Shown: one piece after another, positions 1 through 12,892 of the stretch | How positions within the stretch are numbered: the first letter of the stretch is position 1 | How the letters are laid out: the number at the start of each line of letters is the position of its first letter | Source of the DNA: Lepidodermella squamata | Taxonomy: Eukaryota > Animalia > Gastrotricha | Length of the DNA: 64,000 nt | Assembly (NCBI GenBank): GCA_047495785.1 | Contig: JBLDXI010000023.1 | Location: forward strand, 496,001 to 560,000 | Direction of reading: 5' to 3' | Notes under the pieces: generated by a model | The model's input: only the letters and a program-made list of their open reading frames with translations | Database searches by the model: none | What the model was told of the DNA's origin: nothing | Program-made: the position numbers and the translations under genes

Positions 1-1
1 A

Positions 2-2567
2 CTTCTGCTCGAGAACGGCGCCAATGTTGAGGAGACGAACGAACCAGCTAGAGATTACGAGTTCACAATGCAGCGAACCCCACTGCTATGGGCGGCATAC
101 CAAGGCCAGCTGGATATTGTCCGGCTTATGCTTCAAAAGTACGGCGCCAAATTGGACGCTGCCGATCGGGACGGCTATTCAGTTCTCAGCACACTTTTCC
201 AACTCAAAATTCAGCCGCAGAACTACTGGTCCTACGTCGCACTCACCAGCTACTTGCCTGGGGAATTGCTGAATTGGAGAAGCGCAAGGGGTCAAAACGC
301 TTTACACTTCGCCAGCCTTGTAAGCCCTACAGACCCGATGCCTTTCGTTCGAATTCTAGTTGAAAAGCATAAATTCGACGTCAATGCGAGAGATAACAAT
401 GGTTATACTCCTCTACTGATGGCGGCTAGAGTTGGCCGATCACTAGACCTGCTTCGTTACCTCATCGAAAAAGGAGCCGACCCGAAGGCGGCGACTGACG
501 CCGGTGAAAACTTGCTATTGAGTACTTGCCAAATCAGCAACAGACGCGAGGCTTTAAACTTCATCAAATTCGCTATTGAAGTCAGTGGCAACGACGTTAA
601 TTCTGAGATTGATGGGAAACGGTGTGACAGCCTGTTTCGCTACTCCGCCGGGTTTGACGCTGAGCACAACCGGTTTTGGATTCAACTCATTAAATACTTG
701 GTTAGTCAAGGATTCGATCTTAACCCGAGCAATGTGAATACCCCGCTGATGGTCGCAGCTGCGGCTGAAAGATCCTTGCCGTATTTGGAGACTCTGATTG
801 ACATGGGCGCCGATGTTAACGCGACGAATTACGAGGGCAAAACTGCGCTGGATTTGACGAGGCCGTCGCGTGATCAGGTTAACATTGGAGCTCTTGTAAG
901 GCGAAAGGCTGCTTGGAGCCGAAATTTCACACGCGTTGCTACTTTTTCGACGCCTAATCGACGGACAACTACTCGGCCAATGACTACAACAGACTCTGGC
1001 AGAAAGTCGATTGATGCTAAGATTGATTTCATGGCGGATGATGCGATTGAACTTGTTCCGGTCGAAATGGGTGGTCCGAAGCTTAAGATCAGGCCGCTGG
1101 ATCGCCGAAGCAACCTGACAACGAAGGTTGACATCAGTCCTGGTGATTATCAGCTCACCCAGGCCCAAGCTGAACTGGATGCGGTTAGTTTTATCTCATA
1201 GATATCTAGTTGAACAAAATGAATTAGCCGTGGGACAGTACGCGTTGATTTCACTCTTCTCTTTACAGAAATTTATCAAGTTCGTGACGGATGGCAACAT
1301 GGAAGGTATTCGTGATATGATAGAGCAGCAGAAGGCCCGAGGCAATGCCCTGCTCTTCAAGCTTCAACAATCCCCCATGTCACGCAAAGCAAATTACATC
1401 ACCATCCCAGCTGTGGCTGCTGCTCTCAGCTCTCAGTTAAAAGGAAACGACACTTTCTACATGGTCGCGGCGCTTCTTCAAAATGGCGGCGATGCTAACG
1501 CTGTTCATCCTGAAACTGGCTTAAGTGCTATAATGATGGCTGCTGCAAACGGCAGTTTCGAATTGGTTGACCTTCTGCTGGAATATAACGCAGATATCGA
1601 TATGGAAACTTTCTCGAAAAGGCCGCGGACTGCTCTCCTCGAAGCTGCTGCAGCCAATCAACTCGAAATGGTCGACTATCTTTTGTCAAAGGGAGCTATC
1701 GCCTACAAGGATGAGCTGATTTTCGCATTCGACGCAGGAAATAAAGTTCCGGTTTTGCCGTTGGTCAAATACGCTGTTGAGAACGTATCCAATTCAGTAA
1801 ATGGCACGGGCAAGGATGGCTATACCCCGTTTGTCAAAGCCGCTTTGCAATTGCGAAATAGTCCAGATCGCCTTGAAATTCTGACGTATTTGCTAGAAAA
1901 TGGAGCCGATGCTGACTCCAGGGTGTCCACAGATCGATTCTCAAACAAAACCTTACTTCACCTTTCCATTTTGGAGAAGGATTACAATTTGACGCAGTTC
2001 TTGACCGAAACTGCCAAGGCTGATGTCGAGGCCCGTGATGGCGATAATTTGACTCCGTTATTACTCGCAGCGAAGAATGGCGATGCTAAAAGCGTTGAAA
2101 TTCTGTTCAGCGCAAACGCAGATCGAAGTGCTGTTGATGACGATGGTAACACGCCTTTCCTTCTGCAATGTGCCAGCGCATATTCCCCGGATCAGCTAAC
2201 GGTTCGTTTCCTCAGGTTCGAAGATACGGATGCAAGTTCTCGGAACAACAACAACGAAACTTGTCTGGCGCTCCTGAAAGGCTGGCGAACAGATTTGAAC
2301 AGTTTGCCGGGCGTTTTGGTAAATCGAGGCTATGATATTAACAAAACGTTGCGCAGAGGCGACACTGCTCTTAATCTGTACATCATTAACGGCGGCAGTT
2401 CAGCGATTGCGGCTTTTCGAGATGCTGGGGCTGATTTGACGTTGAAAAATGATGACGGTCTGACTGCCTTGGATTTGGCTCAGATGTACGGCAACACAAA
2501 AGCTGTCGCCGAATTGAAGAAGCCAAGAGCTCGGCCTACGACGCGCGCACCAGCAAAAACCCGCTGA
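2..2567 (+). CDS. Ankyrin-repeat protein A1 (subfamily I), 5'-partial; exons <2-1183 and 1269-2567
   Basis: Frame is open from base 2 (LLLENGANVEE...). Many ANK motifs (TPLLWAA, GQNALHFA, TPLLMAA). Thr-rich linker. Phase-0 intron GCG|gttagt...tttacag|AAA at 1184-1268, the same position as in all paralogs. Confidence 0.9.
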
Positions 2568-3487
2568 GAAATTAGCGAATCAAGAATCAAACTCTATCAT
2601 CCTCACAAATGCTTGAATATTTCTAAAAAAACTCAATTACTCGCGCCATCTTAGTGACCTTTAAATACATATTTGTTTTGACAAATTAACACACCAGCTA
2701 AATATCACCATAATTTATCTACCGAAATTTTATCTGAAATTCACCGAAATTCAGATCGGTATCTGAAATTCATACTTTCAGTAGATGAATAACTGCGTTT
2801 TTTTAGATTAATTAGGGTGATTTTGAGCATGATTTCCATAGAGGCGCCGAAATTGCGCAAAATAAAATCTAACAATAGAGCAGCCTGCAGGAATAGGTCT
2901 TACAGGCTGAATTTTTTTATTCGAAGATGGTTTGGTAAATGAGGACAGTGGGCGAAAAATGAGCCGGTTCTGCTGCAAGAATGACGAGTTTAGATTTTCA
3001 GAATTTTCTTGAGACGCAATGTCGGCGCCACAATGTCAGATAAATTGTGAGAATGAATGAGGATACTCACAGGGCCTTAGTTGAATTCCCAAGCTAAAAG
3101 TCCATTTTTTTATCACCCAAATTCGGTTTATTTATTTTCGGGTACAGAGAATTACCCTTCTGCTGTTTTTATTAACTAGCACAAACCAATAAAAATAATG
3201 GAAAAATCCCATTGAAATACCGAGCTGGAAAAGCCGGATTTTTTTTCTGAACGCCGGTAGCTGAGCAACAATTTCGTTTTATTTTATCTCTGCTCTAAAT
3301 TTTTTGCGTGAAACAGGATATTCAGAAGCGAGCAAAGCTTTAGGCCGCTTTTCGAAGATTTTTATCGATCCCATCTTGCAGAATGATCCCTGAAAAAATG
3401 ATGGCTTTACCCTATTTCACTAGCCTGGCCTATATCAAAAAGCCTAACTAGGCTGTGAACTGAGCTATATGGTTCATATTTTACTGA

Positions 3488-3667
3488 AATATTAAGGGTG
3501 GCTGAGTGACCGCCGCAAGAAACTGGGTGAGTGTAGCAGAAAGCTGGGTGAACGTCGCAATATCCAGTGTTTTGTACCATGATTGCATGTAAACTTTGCT
3601 ACATTCACTCAACATTTGCGACGCTCACTCAGCTTTTTGCAGCGCTCACCATTTAACTCAAATATTA
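3488..3667. repeat. Degenerate palindrome with ~20-bp subrepeats (MITE-like relic)
   Basis: Left units ctgggtgagtgtagcagaaa / ctgggtgaacgtcgcaa are mirrored by ttgcgacgctcactcagc / ttgctacattcactca. No clear TSD. Confidence 0.4.
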
Positions 3668-3879
3668 ACAATCACTGCAATCACTGCGCTCGGTGTGTCG
3701 AAATTGGGAAATTATAGTCACAAGCTGGACCTCTGTAAGAAAAATTATGCGAAAAGCAAAAAAATTCCTATAAATATCATAGCGCACAACAATAACGCAT
3801 AACATAAATTATCTCGCGCCTTTGCCATTTATTTTGTCTCCTATTTCCATCCGCATGCGCCGGGAAAGTAAATGAGAAG

Positions 3880-4466
3880 CTACGATGAGAGAAAATAAAC
3901 AAGCGAACCAAGCAAAGCCAGTTTTATGTCAGTAATAGCCAAGGATTTATAAGAGGCTGAGGAATCAAGCGGCAGAACCGTGACTGGCCTTAGATCGGAT
4001 CGAAACATGCTGAAAACGCTGGCTGTGTTAAGATCTCGGCCAGCTTGTTCATTCGATGATTCATCACGGCAATTTTCTGAACTTTCAACCGAGTTGCACA
4101 AATCCTCACAGCAATAACAGTGTGGGGCTAAGCCGATGTCCTCGTCCTCCATCAGAAGTTTAGATCCGCAGTTGAAGCTTTGCGTTGGTTCTCGAATGCA
4201 GTCATACAGAATCTTTGAAGAAAGATCTTTACTTTTATTGCCAGCTACAGTCTGAAAGTCCAAGATCTCAAAATGGCATGAAACAAATGGGAAAATGTTA
4301 CCAAACATAAGGCACAATCATTTTCGATTTCGATGGGTGATTCGTAGTTAGTTAGGCCTAATTTCGTCTCTAGATTCGAGTAAATAACACCTGTGTAGCA
4401 TTGAAGCCCTGTCGCAACGCCAAAAAGTAGGAAAAACACTAAAAAATGAGGTCTGGTAGAATGCAT
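3880..4466 (-). CDS. Ly6/three-finger-like, probably GPI-anchored protein, 178 aa; exons 4466-4302 and 4251-3880
   Basis: Signal peptide MHSTRPHFLVFFLLFGVATG is followed by LQCYTG...CALC...CYCCEDLCN. A 50-nt phase-0 intron (gtaac...ctttcag) joins the two ORFs. Hydrophobic C-terminus LALLGSLVYFLSS. Confidence 0.85.
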
Positions 4467-4958
4467 TAGGCCAAAAATGTGTACTGACTGCTACATATTA
4501 GGGCGGTAGGAGAGGAAGAGCTGTTATCGCATTTATTCGCGTTTTTACATGCGTGTCAGTACAAATAATCATACGGCTCATTTGTAAGCCCTGGAGCATT
4601 TGTAAACAACAAATTGCATAGTTATTTTCTCGGCAGCTCATTCGCTCAGATTTATTTACGTGCGCGCTAAGGACGACGCATTTACACGTGATAAATAGAT
4701 GATGATCAAATCGAACATGTAGCGAACAGGAATAAACAAGAGCTTATTTAGATCTTCATAATCAATTTTTCGACGGTCTTGGCCGTCCAGAATTTAGGAC
4801 GAATTCAGTAATGGCGAGACGAAAAAGTCTGTTGATTTTACAAAGGTTTGCTTTCTTGGTCATATGCCCCGTTGTACTCTAAGAGTATGGGTTGTTTGAT
4901 GAAATCCAGGTGCAAATAATCCAGCGCCAATACAATCGCCAATATTGTGCTCTTCAAC

Positions 4959-5947
4959 CATAGATATAGTTCAGTAGAGATCGCCCACTCGCGTGAAAAA
5001 GGGTGTACGCCATGGGCGCCAGATGGTTAGCTGATTCATCAGAGGCTTGGAGGCCAAGTAAACAAAATATTCGATTCGTTTTTTGTCGGTTCCGATCGAA
5101 ATTTAAAAATTTCTCAATTTTTGTTGATGGTTCCAGATAGGTGACATTACAAGGAACGTGCTGGTTATTTTTTCATGATTTTTAACTAAATATGGACCAC
5201 CAAAATCAAAGAAAAATGATTTTGCGATTGGAAATAAAATGAATTAACACCAGTAGCGGAATCGAAATTGAAGCAGTTTTTTAGTGGTCCGTGTAGCACA
5301 GATCGAGCTCTACAATTTGATACTTGGAGCGGACTTGGATGAATTTTTATCGATTTTCTGCAATTTTTTAAAGGAATCGAGAACATAATTTACATTACTA
5401 TCCTTTTGTGATTAAGGTTTGGACTCTTTCCAACCACAACATGTGCATGCGGCGCACGTGCTGTCAACAAAGGTTCTGAATTGAATCCTCCACCAAGTCC
5501 AGATTTTTATTATGGATGAATCCACGTTCGATTTTCGAAAATGTCCAGAAAATCGATAAAAATTCATCCAAGTCCGCTCCAAGTATCAAATTGTAGAGCT
5601 CGATCTGTGCTACACGGACCACTAAAAAACTGCTTCAATTTCGATTCCGCTACTGGTGTTAATTCATTTTATTTCCAATCGCAAAATCATTTTTCTTTGA
5701 TTTTGGTGGTCCATATTTAGTTAAAAATCATGAAAAAATAACCAGCACGTTCCTTGTAATGTCACCTATCTGGAACCATCAACAAAAATTGAGAAATTTT
5801 TAAATTTCGATCGGAACCGACAAAAAACGAATCGAATATTTTGTTTACTTGGCCTCCAAGCCTCTGATGAATCAGCTAACCATCTGGCGCCCATGGCGTA
5901 CACCCTTTTTCACGCGAGTGGGCGATCTCTACTGAATTATGTCTATG
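4959..5947. mobile_element. Foldback-type non-autonomous DNA transposon with ~402-bp TIRs and 8-bp TSD
   Basis: Arms 4959-5360 and 5546-5947 are near-perfect reverse complements (CATAGATATAG.../...TTATGTCTATG). TSD TCTTCAAC at 4951-4958 and 5948-5955. Confidence 0.92.
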
Positions 5948-6302
5948 TCTTCAACCGATCGAGTCTGTCGTTTGAATCTATCGCCTGATCCACAGTTGTT
6001 ACAGCACTGTCAGTGGAACAGTGCTCGAAATGAGATAACACCTTGGGGCACACTGTAACCGTGACCCTCAATCTCTTCAGCGTTATTAAGCCATTTGGCG
6101 GCAATAGCAACAAAGAGCAAATGCACCACGGTCGCGGATTGATCCTGGCACAGACAATAACAATACTGTAACAGAAGAAAATATCTTTCCATAGTGAATT
6201 TATTCGAGCTGAATATATGAAAGAGTGCGGCACGAGACCGCTTTTTTATGCCACCCAACATCCGCCAATTATAATGTTTATTAATTTCACAAATTAAATA
6301 AC

Positions 6303-7165
6303 GACTGTAAGAAACGATTAAACTCAGGGTCCACACTGATCCGATGCGAATGGGCAAGGGCTATGGCAGCGTTTCCCAAACCGTGTCCTATAGGAAACTC
6401 GTGTACTAAGCCAACTTTCAAGTGTCCTGTAGGATACTGGTGTCCTATGGGCCTCAAAATGATAGAACACAAAAATTGGTAGATCCACACTAAGAAACAA
6501 GACATTTTGGACCATTTTCAGACTCAAAATCTGGAAAAACCGTCAGCTAAAGCTCGCTTCAGTCGCGAGTTGCCTATTTATGAGATATTTTATGAAATAT
6601 TCTCCGATCAGACGGGAACCCTTACTTTCATGGTTTGGCTGAATCTCTGAGCTCTGAGACGATAAATGATAGAATCAATTTTTGAACTGACCCATGTCCA
6701 TTGTTATTTAAGCACTTTACATATTGCACCTTACGACATGATTAGTTTAAAATTCATAAAATTGATGAGTGAATTTCTGGGAAAACCCCAAGGCATGGCC
6801 TCAATTTTAAGATATTATAAGTCGTTTTTTAGTGTCGAATTCTACAAATTTTCTCGCTTCGCTCGCGTTTAGTTTGAATTTTATCCGGGATTTTATCAAT
6901 TTCGAGCTCGGTTGCCATCAAAAACCAAGCGATCAAATTTTTTCCCATTCCGAACCAAATTTCATTCATTTTAGCGAGGTGTCCTGCGAGCCATTCTCAT
7001 AGGACACTACTGTGTCCTACCAGACAAAAAGTTTGGGAACCACTGGGCTATGGCATGAGAAATTTCGTAGAAAACAGAGATTAGAGTAGCGTTCGACTAG
7101 GATGATTTGCGCAGTAGGATTCTAAAATATTGCCAAAATTATTGACCGATTAGCAACAGCAATTT
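6303..7165 (+). pseudogene. Relic of intron 2 of the Cys-rich gene family (third, decayed copy), interrupted by a hAT element
   Basis: act|gtaagaaacgattaaactcagggtcc...ctgatccgatgcga...gcaaggg and atggcatgagaaattt...gaccgattagcaacagcaa match 15831-15887 and 16054-16152. Confidence 0.7.
6367..7045. mobile_element. Non-autonomous hAT (Buster-like) element, 679 bp
   Basis: TIR CAGCGTTTCCCAAAC / GTTTGGGAACCACTG. 8-bp TSD GGCTATGG at 6359-6366 and 7046-7053. Subterminal gtgtcct repeats. Confidence 0.9.
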
Positions 7166-7544
7166 GCTTTCTTGGTCGCGTGACCAGTTTTTCACTTGTC
7201 AAGAACTTTATAACAAGCACGGCCAAATCAACGCAACTGAAAAGTGATTCCGGGTGGCTACTTCACCTCAATTTATCTCAAAAGACCCCATCTTCGATTT
7301 TTTCGAATTTTGGTTGCCGAGAAGCCTCCATCATGGGCTATGTAGGGACCCAATCCGAATTTCCGGCTGTCTATGCGTTGATTTTCTGGAATCTTTCAAA
7401 TCTTCCGAATTTTAGCAATCAATAAAATGGCGCGGGGCTGCTTGCGAGTTTTTTTTCGTGGTATGAATCGTGCTATTACATTGCAGATAAAGTCGTGGTT
7501 CATCAGCCGATTGCAAATGGCGAATGGGTTGTGACTGTTTATGG

Positions 7545-7700
7545 CAGGGCGCGAAGTACGGGGGGGAATGAGGGGTATCGTACCCCCAGTTCGGCAGGCC
7601 AAAGTGGATAAACCCCCAAAAAACCTCAGGGGGGACCCTTTGGTCATGAAATTGGGGCCCGAAAATACCCCCTAGCTCGAGGATCCTACTTCGCGCACTG
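7545..7700. mobile_element. hAT-type MITE, 156 bp (family with several copies in this window)
   Basis: TIR CAGGGCGCGAAGTA / TACTTCGCGCACTG. 8-bp TSD GTTTATGG at 7537-7544 and 7701-7708. Confidence 0.9.
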
Positions 7701-7718
7701 GTTTATGGTCAAAATAAG

Positions 7719-7940
7719 CTCGACATCAATTAGCTCTCCTGTGATTTCGACGACATACAAGGAAACAACTTCCAACTTCATACAATTCGAATTCTGACGC
7801 CTAGCGACGAGGGAATCAACGATCGCCTGCAGCCGATTGTTGGAGCTATTTTCAGGGCAAGATCAGCTATGGAGTATCTACGACCACGCGATCGAACGTG
7901 AAATCTGAATTGTGGCCAATGGAATCGGCAGACTATGACC
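7719..7940 (+). pseudogene. Fragment of the ankyrin-gene linker (LTPSDE..LQPIVGAIF..SELWPMES)
   Basis: Aligns by eye with ~21630-21852 of A2, with indels. Confidence 0.8.
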
Positions 7941-9555
7941 AGAAAATGACTAGAAAGCCTGAGTTGCCGCGCAATTGTGAATAATATGTATCATTCGGAT
8001 CATAGTGGAATAAACGCAGTAAAACAGCCCGGCATATTGCCTGCTATCCCGGGCTGATTTAAACCCCGTCATGGCTCAAAATTTTGGCAGCACTTACTCC
8101 TATCTTCGATTTCTTTGAGCACGGAAACAAAAGACACGAAAATACTGAGGCGCCGAAACCCCCGCGACCACCTAAATTTTATTATTCTGTAAAATTAACG
8201 AGAAAATTAACAAAATTGAAGAATTTGCCGAAAAGACACGGGGACTAGCGGGCCAAGCCATTTTTGCCGTTAGATCAGCTGAAAAAATCCAGCGGAGGCG
8301 ATCATCATTGATAGAGACTTGAGCCAGCAGCAACTTGCGCCCAAACTTGCTCAAGAGCGGGCTCAGATCAATTCGAGAAACGGTGTTGTTCCAAAAGCGG
8401 ATGCTACAGCAAACAAGTCGCAAGCCGAGACCATTTCGTTGCCTTCGCTGGGTGACTGGCTGGTTGCCTGGAAATTCTTCATTCGTATTAGCAACCTGGC
8501 TTCTAGGCTTGACCAGCCAATTCGCAATTCGAGAGATAGGCTTGACGTTTTGCCCAAAATTGATGCCACCCATGTTGATGCGGACGGGCTTGAAAAAAAG
8601 AATTTTCAAATCGCAGCGAAAAAACGAAGAATGATGAGCGTTGAAAATGCGCAATTTTAAGTTGGATTATCTATTTCGATATTTTCGGCAATTTCTAGTA
8701 AATGATCGCCTGCTGCAAACCAAGCTCGAGCCTGAGGATGATCTTCTTATTCTCCTAGCTCGAAATTCCGGTTTGAAAGTCGAAAGCTGACCGAGCCATT
8801 CAATTAATATATTTCGCGGGCTCGAGTGATCACGTCGATATCGTCACCAACTTGCACCAGTCGAATTTCGTCCGTGCAGGCCAATAGATTCCGAAATTAA
8901 GTACTTTTAATGAAGGGATACGAAATAAATTTAATACGAAATAAAGGGATGAGACTCGCGATTTTCCCAGTAAAAAATTGATGCTTGCGTAAAAAAGCTC
9001 TTATAAATTGTACGACGTCAGTTTTTCTCGCGATTTTTGAGCCGCTTTACGATGATAATTCTCGGACGGTTTCTGACTTCCAGAAGCATTTTAATGGAGA
9101 GATGCAAGCTGTGACGAGTTCATAGTATTATAGTCCCAAGGTTTATCATGAGAAGAGATGTCACGGCAGGTGTTTGACGCAAATGTTGTGTGTGTACTAG
9201 CAGAGCTAGCTCGGATTATCTTTTCACCGTATCTAAAGTAATTTACTACCCTGTTTTTTACGCGCTCCTCGTTGTAGCTATACTCCACTATACACATCAA
9301 ATGCGTAAATTAGGCGAAGCCGATGCTGATTTTTGTGTTCACTGGCTGGTTGCGTGTGGCTTTCTGCCTTTTTGTGTAGTCATTAAATCTTAACTGCAAT
9401 GGCTGTAGAAAATAAAATTCACACAGTTGATGCTGCTCGTGTGTGCTCGACGCGGCGGGTCGCTGGGCCGCTTCCATTTTATAATTTTTGGCCAATTTCT
9501 CTGTCACACGAATGCGACCGGTTCACCACGTCAAGTTCACCACGAGAAAGATGGA

Positions 9556-9562
9556 TATATAA
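9556..9562 (+). promoter_or_regulatory. Candidate TATA box of Cys-rich gene 1
   Basis: TATATAA inside the block ggatatataagagctgaagcggcgg, which is conserved before the paralog (TATTTAA at 15237-15243), about 60 nt upstream of the ATG. Confidence 0.45.
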
Positions 9563-9623
9563 GAGCTGAAGCGGCGGTTGTTATATATCCACTTTCCATT
9601 TCTCCAAGATGATTGAACCAAGC

Positions 9624-12338
9624 ATGCAATCATTCGTCCTAGCTCTCGTAGCCGCTACGTGTAGCGCAGTCACAGCTTGCCCTGCAACATCGACAACGCC
9701 CTGTCCAAGATCGGCCACAGCAACCGATTCTCCTGGAACTTGCCCGAATGGCCAGGCCTGTTACACCACATCAAACCCGTGCAACTCTGGCTCGTCCTGT
9801 GTGGCCTCGGCTAACGTTTGCGATACAACAGCCAACAACTGCGTCGCCAAAAGCGGCGCTTCTTCGTGTGCCAGCGGCCAAACTTGCACGCCGTCTGGCA
9901 ACATCTGCGACGCTACTGCAAAAAATTGCATCGCAAAGACGGATTCGCAGTGCCCAGCAGACCAGGCTTGCATGAGCCCAGTAAGTCAATTTCAGCCGGA
10001 TGATATATTTTTACTCGTATGTGAATTCATGTGACAGGTAACCTACAAGCTGTGTCTGATAACTAAAACGCAGGGCGCTGCGTCTGTCGCTAAAATTAAT
10101 GTTCCATTTTGCACGGCGAATGGTGGCGCGTGCAACTCGGTTTTGACAACTGGAACAACTGTAAGAAAATTTCTCAAATTTCTCCTGGTGCGAAGGACAG
10201 TGGTGCTGGGGTGTCGCCGACACCCCTGCTCCGGGTATGCAACCAGAGGATGGGTGGAAAACCACAAAGGGGACCCTTTGGTTTCTTAGGCTGGGTCATT
10301 TCGTCGTGCGTGCGGACAATAGTCCTATCTCCACGAGAGTTTATTTTGAGATAGATCGAAAAGTGTATCTCAATTTTAAGTAAAAAACTTCGCCGAGTCC
10401 ATTTAGACCATTTTGCATCGTTATCGCGCAATTGGGACATGCTTTGAATGTGGGACGTTTTCGTGCCACTTTCTTGTTTTTGTTTAATGGTTTTCGTTAG
10501 ATCGCGGTTCGATTCCTCATGCACTCATCAATTGTTGAGCTATTTTATTTTTGAGCGTAAACAAAGAGGATCATTTTTCCTTTGGCATCGAAATCGCGCT
10601 GCTGTGGTTTGATTCCTCGTGCATGCATATACTTTTTTAGCGATTTTACATCAGCATTTTGCTCGCGATTGAGTCATTTGTGGCTGGAGATAAGATTTTT
10701 GATGCAATTGGCTGCATCCATTAAATGGACTTACGGGGCTACCGCAGGGTAAGGGGCTATTCGGTGAGATTGTGGCTTAGTAAAAAACTATGAGGTCAAA
10801 GTCGATAAAATTTTGTTTGAAGCTACCTGGATAGATGACGCTTATTCCATGATGGCATACTCAGAATTTACAAATAATACATCTAATCGGCTAGGGGACG
10901 TAAGTTCGTGGACTTCAAACAGCGTAAAAAAACCAGGTTGAAAAGTTAATTCTTGAAAGTTGTCATTTGTACCACAAATGCTGTTAACTGACCTATATTG
11001 GCCAGCGTTTTCAAGAACATTTTAACGATTTTGGATGACTTTCAGATGTAAAAAGTAAAAATTTCACAAACATTTTGATGTCTCATCTGTCAGATTTACT
11101 GGTGATGACTTATAGCATTAGCTGATCCGCTGATAAAAAAAACTTGAGATTATGAAGTAAAACAATGTAAAAATTGCCAACTTTTCTATTCGGCACTATT
11201 TTTCGCCGCAAAGAAGCGCAAAAGAAAGAGCGCATCGACTCAGTTAGATGGGCATGTTCAGAACAAATATAAATTGCTCATTTGACCTGAAATTCAGCCA
11301 GAAAAAGAAGAAAACCCCGGCTTATTTCGGACAGCCACAAACTGCAGACAATTCAATCGACCTTGACGTTTTTTAAACTTCAATATTTTTGCGAGGATAG
11401 CACTGAGCTGCGACTTTTGATCCGTAGCGAATTTTGAGTTTTGAGATGCTATTTTCAGATTATTGACCAGCATGAAAAACTGAGTTAGAAACTTTAAAAA
11501 TCTCACTTTCGATTTTGGATGCTCAGCATATGACTAATCGCCGCACGCACGACAAGTAGAAAACACCTCAGTTACCGGATCCTACTTTGCACACTGATCA
11601 CGAGTCATTTTCCCTTGACTTGTCCGGGGCTTTTGGCACGAGAATTTTTGCAGAAGACAGGGCAAAGATTCTTCGTAGCGTTGGACTATATGCAAATTGC
11701 ACAACATTTTGCTGTTAAATAGCTAGAAGAAGCTAGAAGATTGAACTATTTTCTATAGGCCACCGCCCTGATATCTTCGAGATTTTCTATGCCAACAATC
11801 TTGGGAATTCAATGTGGCCCCAAAAATGAAACAATTTGAATGTGAAATAAGTAGGTTATGCGTTTACTCTTTTCAGGCAGCTCCTTCCGATCCCAATACG
11901 TTTCCTTCGTTTGCGGCCTGTTGCAATGCAGCGAAAGGAGCTAATTCTGTCATGTACGAAACTGTTCCCGGCTCACCGCCTGTAATGGCGTGCATTCAAA
12001 AAATGGATGGCGACAACCCGTACAAAATAACCTCTGAAACTGCTACTGGAATAATCAGCGGTGCTGCGGCAGCGTTGTGTTTCCGCTTCCCCTACACTTC
12101 ATCAGTCTCAACATACGTTGCTGTCACTTCTGGCGGGGTAGGTTTTTTCTACAAACACTTTTGTTATTTCTGTTCTATTTGTTCTTCTTGATTACAGACC
12201 ACCAGAATAACCGGTAGATACGACGCTGCAAGTTACCAAGAGTGCTGCGGGGTTTTAGCGGGGATCGTTCTCTCTTATGCATCCACAGGAAGTGCTTATG
12301 GCGCAACTGGTTTTGATACGTGCTTGTTCGATGGTTGA
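9624..12338 (+). CDS. Secreted cysteine-rich protein 1, ~293 aa; exons 9624-9980, 10038-10160, 11877-12137, 12198-12338
   Basis: Signal peptide MQSFVLALVAATCSAVTA. All three introns are GT-AG and phase 0, giving a continuous ORF with the same structure as the paralog at 15298. An in-frame ATG at 9609 is an alternative start. Confidence 0.88.
10184..11596. mobile_element. hAT-type MITE split by a nested insertion (halves ~10184-10297 and ~11554-11596)
   Basis: The two halves join to give the reverse complement of the 15888-16053 element. Right end ...ggatcctactttgcacactg. Confidence 0.7.
10303..11553. mobile_element. ~1.25-kb TIR element nested in the MITE
   Basis: Termini GTCGTGCGTGCGGacaatagtc / gactaatcgCCGCACGCACGAC. 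No clean TSD and no transposase ORF. Confidence 0.65.
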
Positions 12339-12892
12339 ACAGATGAATATCACGAGGAAGATCAAGACATTGAGAAAACTGTTGACCGCTGACTTCCCAC
12401 GCCGAGGCATCCCCGTTTTCTTTTGGTTGCCATTGCATTTTTGAAAATCAGATGTCCGCCACATTTTGAATAGTTCATAAGTATGCTTTCATTCTTATGC
12501 GACTCCGATAGGGCCACATTTGTTTCTCTTGGTTTATTTTTCATCGATTTCTATATTTTCGAAAATTTCTCACATTTAGTTAATTGTTAAACATTTCTGA
12601 CCATTCGATAATATTAACATCAGCGCTATATAAAATTGTAGAATTAAAATGCTTCACCGATATCTGCATCCTCGCTATCTGCACCCCCGTTATTAGTCAT
12701 CGATATGTGGACCCCGCTAAATAAACTAGCTGTAAATTTTCAATTAAAAAAGAGAATTTATTTGATAAATTAAACAAATTAGGAGGAGTGTGATCAAAAA
12801 AGTTGTATATTTTTTGTATTTTATATCAACGTTATAGCAGCATTTTAATTTTTTGTTTTACGTTGATTGGTAACATTCAGTAATATTAACAA

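Noticed and set aside
4860-6233. Possible minus-strand gene interrupted by the foldback element (CCNNCGSGDRFKRQTRSVEE... across the empty site)
   Set aside because: An upstream in-frame stop and no consistent splice model.
8172-8660. Overlapping 100-160 aa ORFs on both strands
   Set aside because: No recognisable motif, splice structure or paralog.
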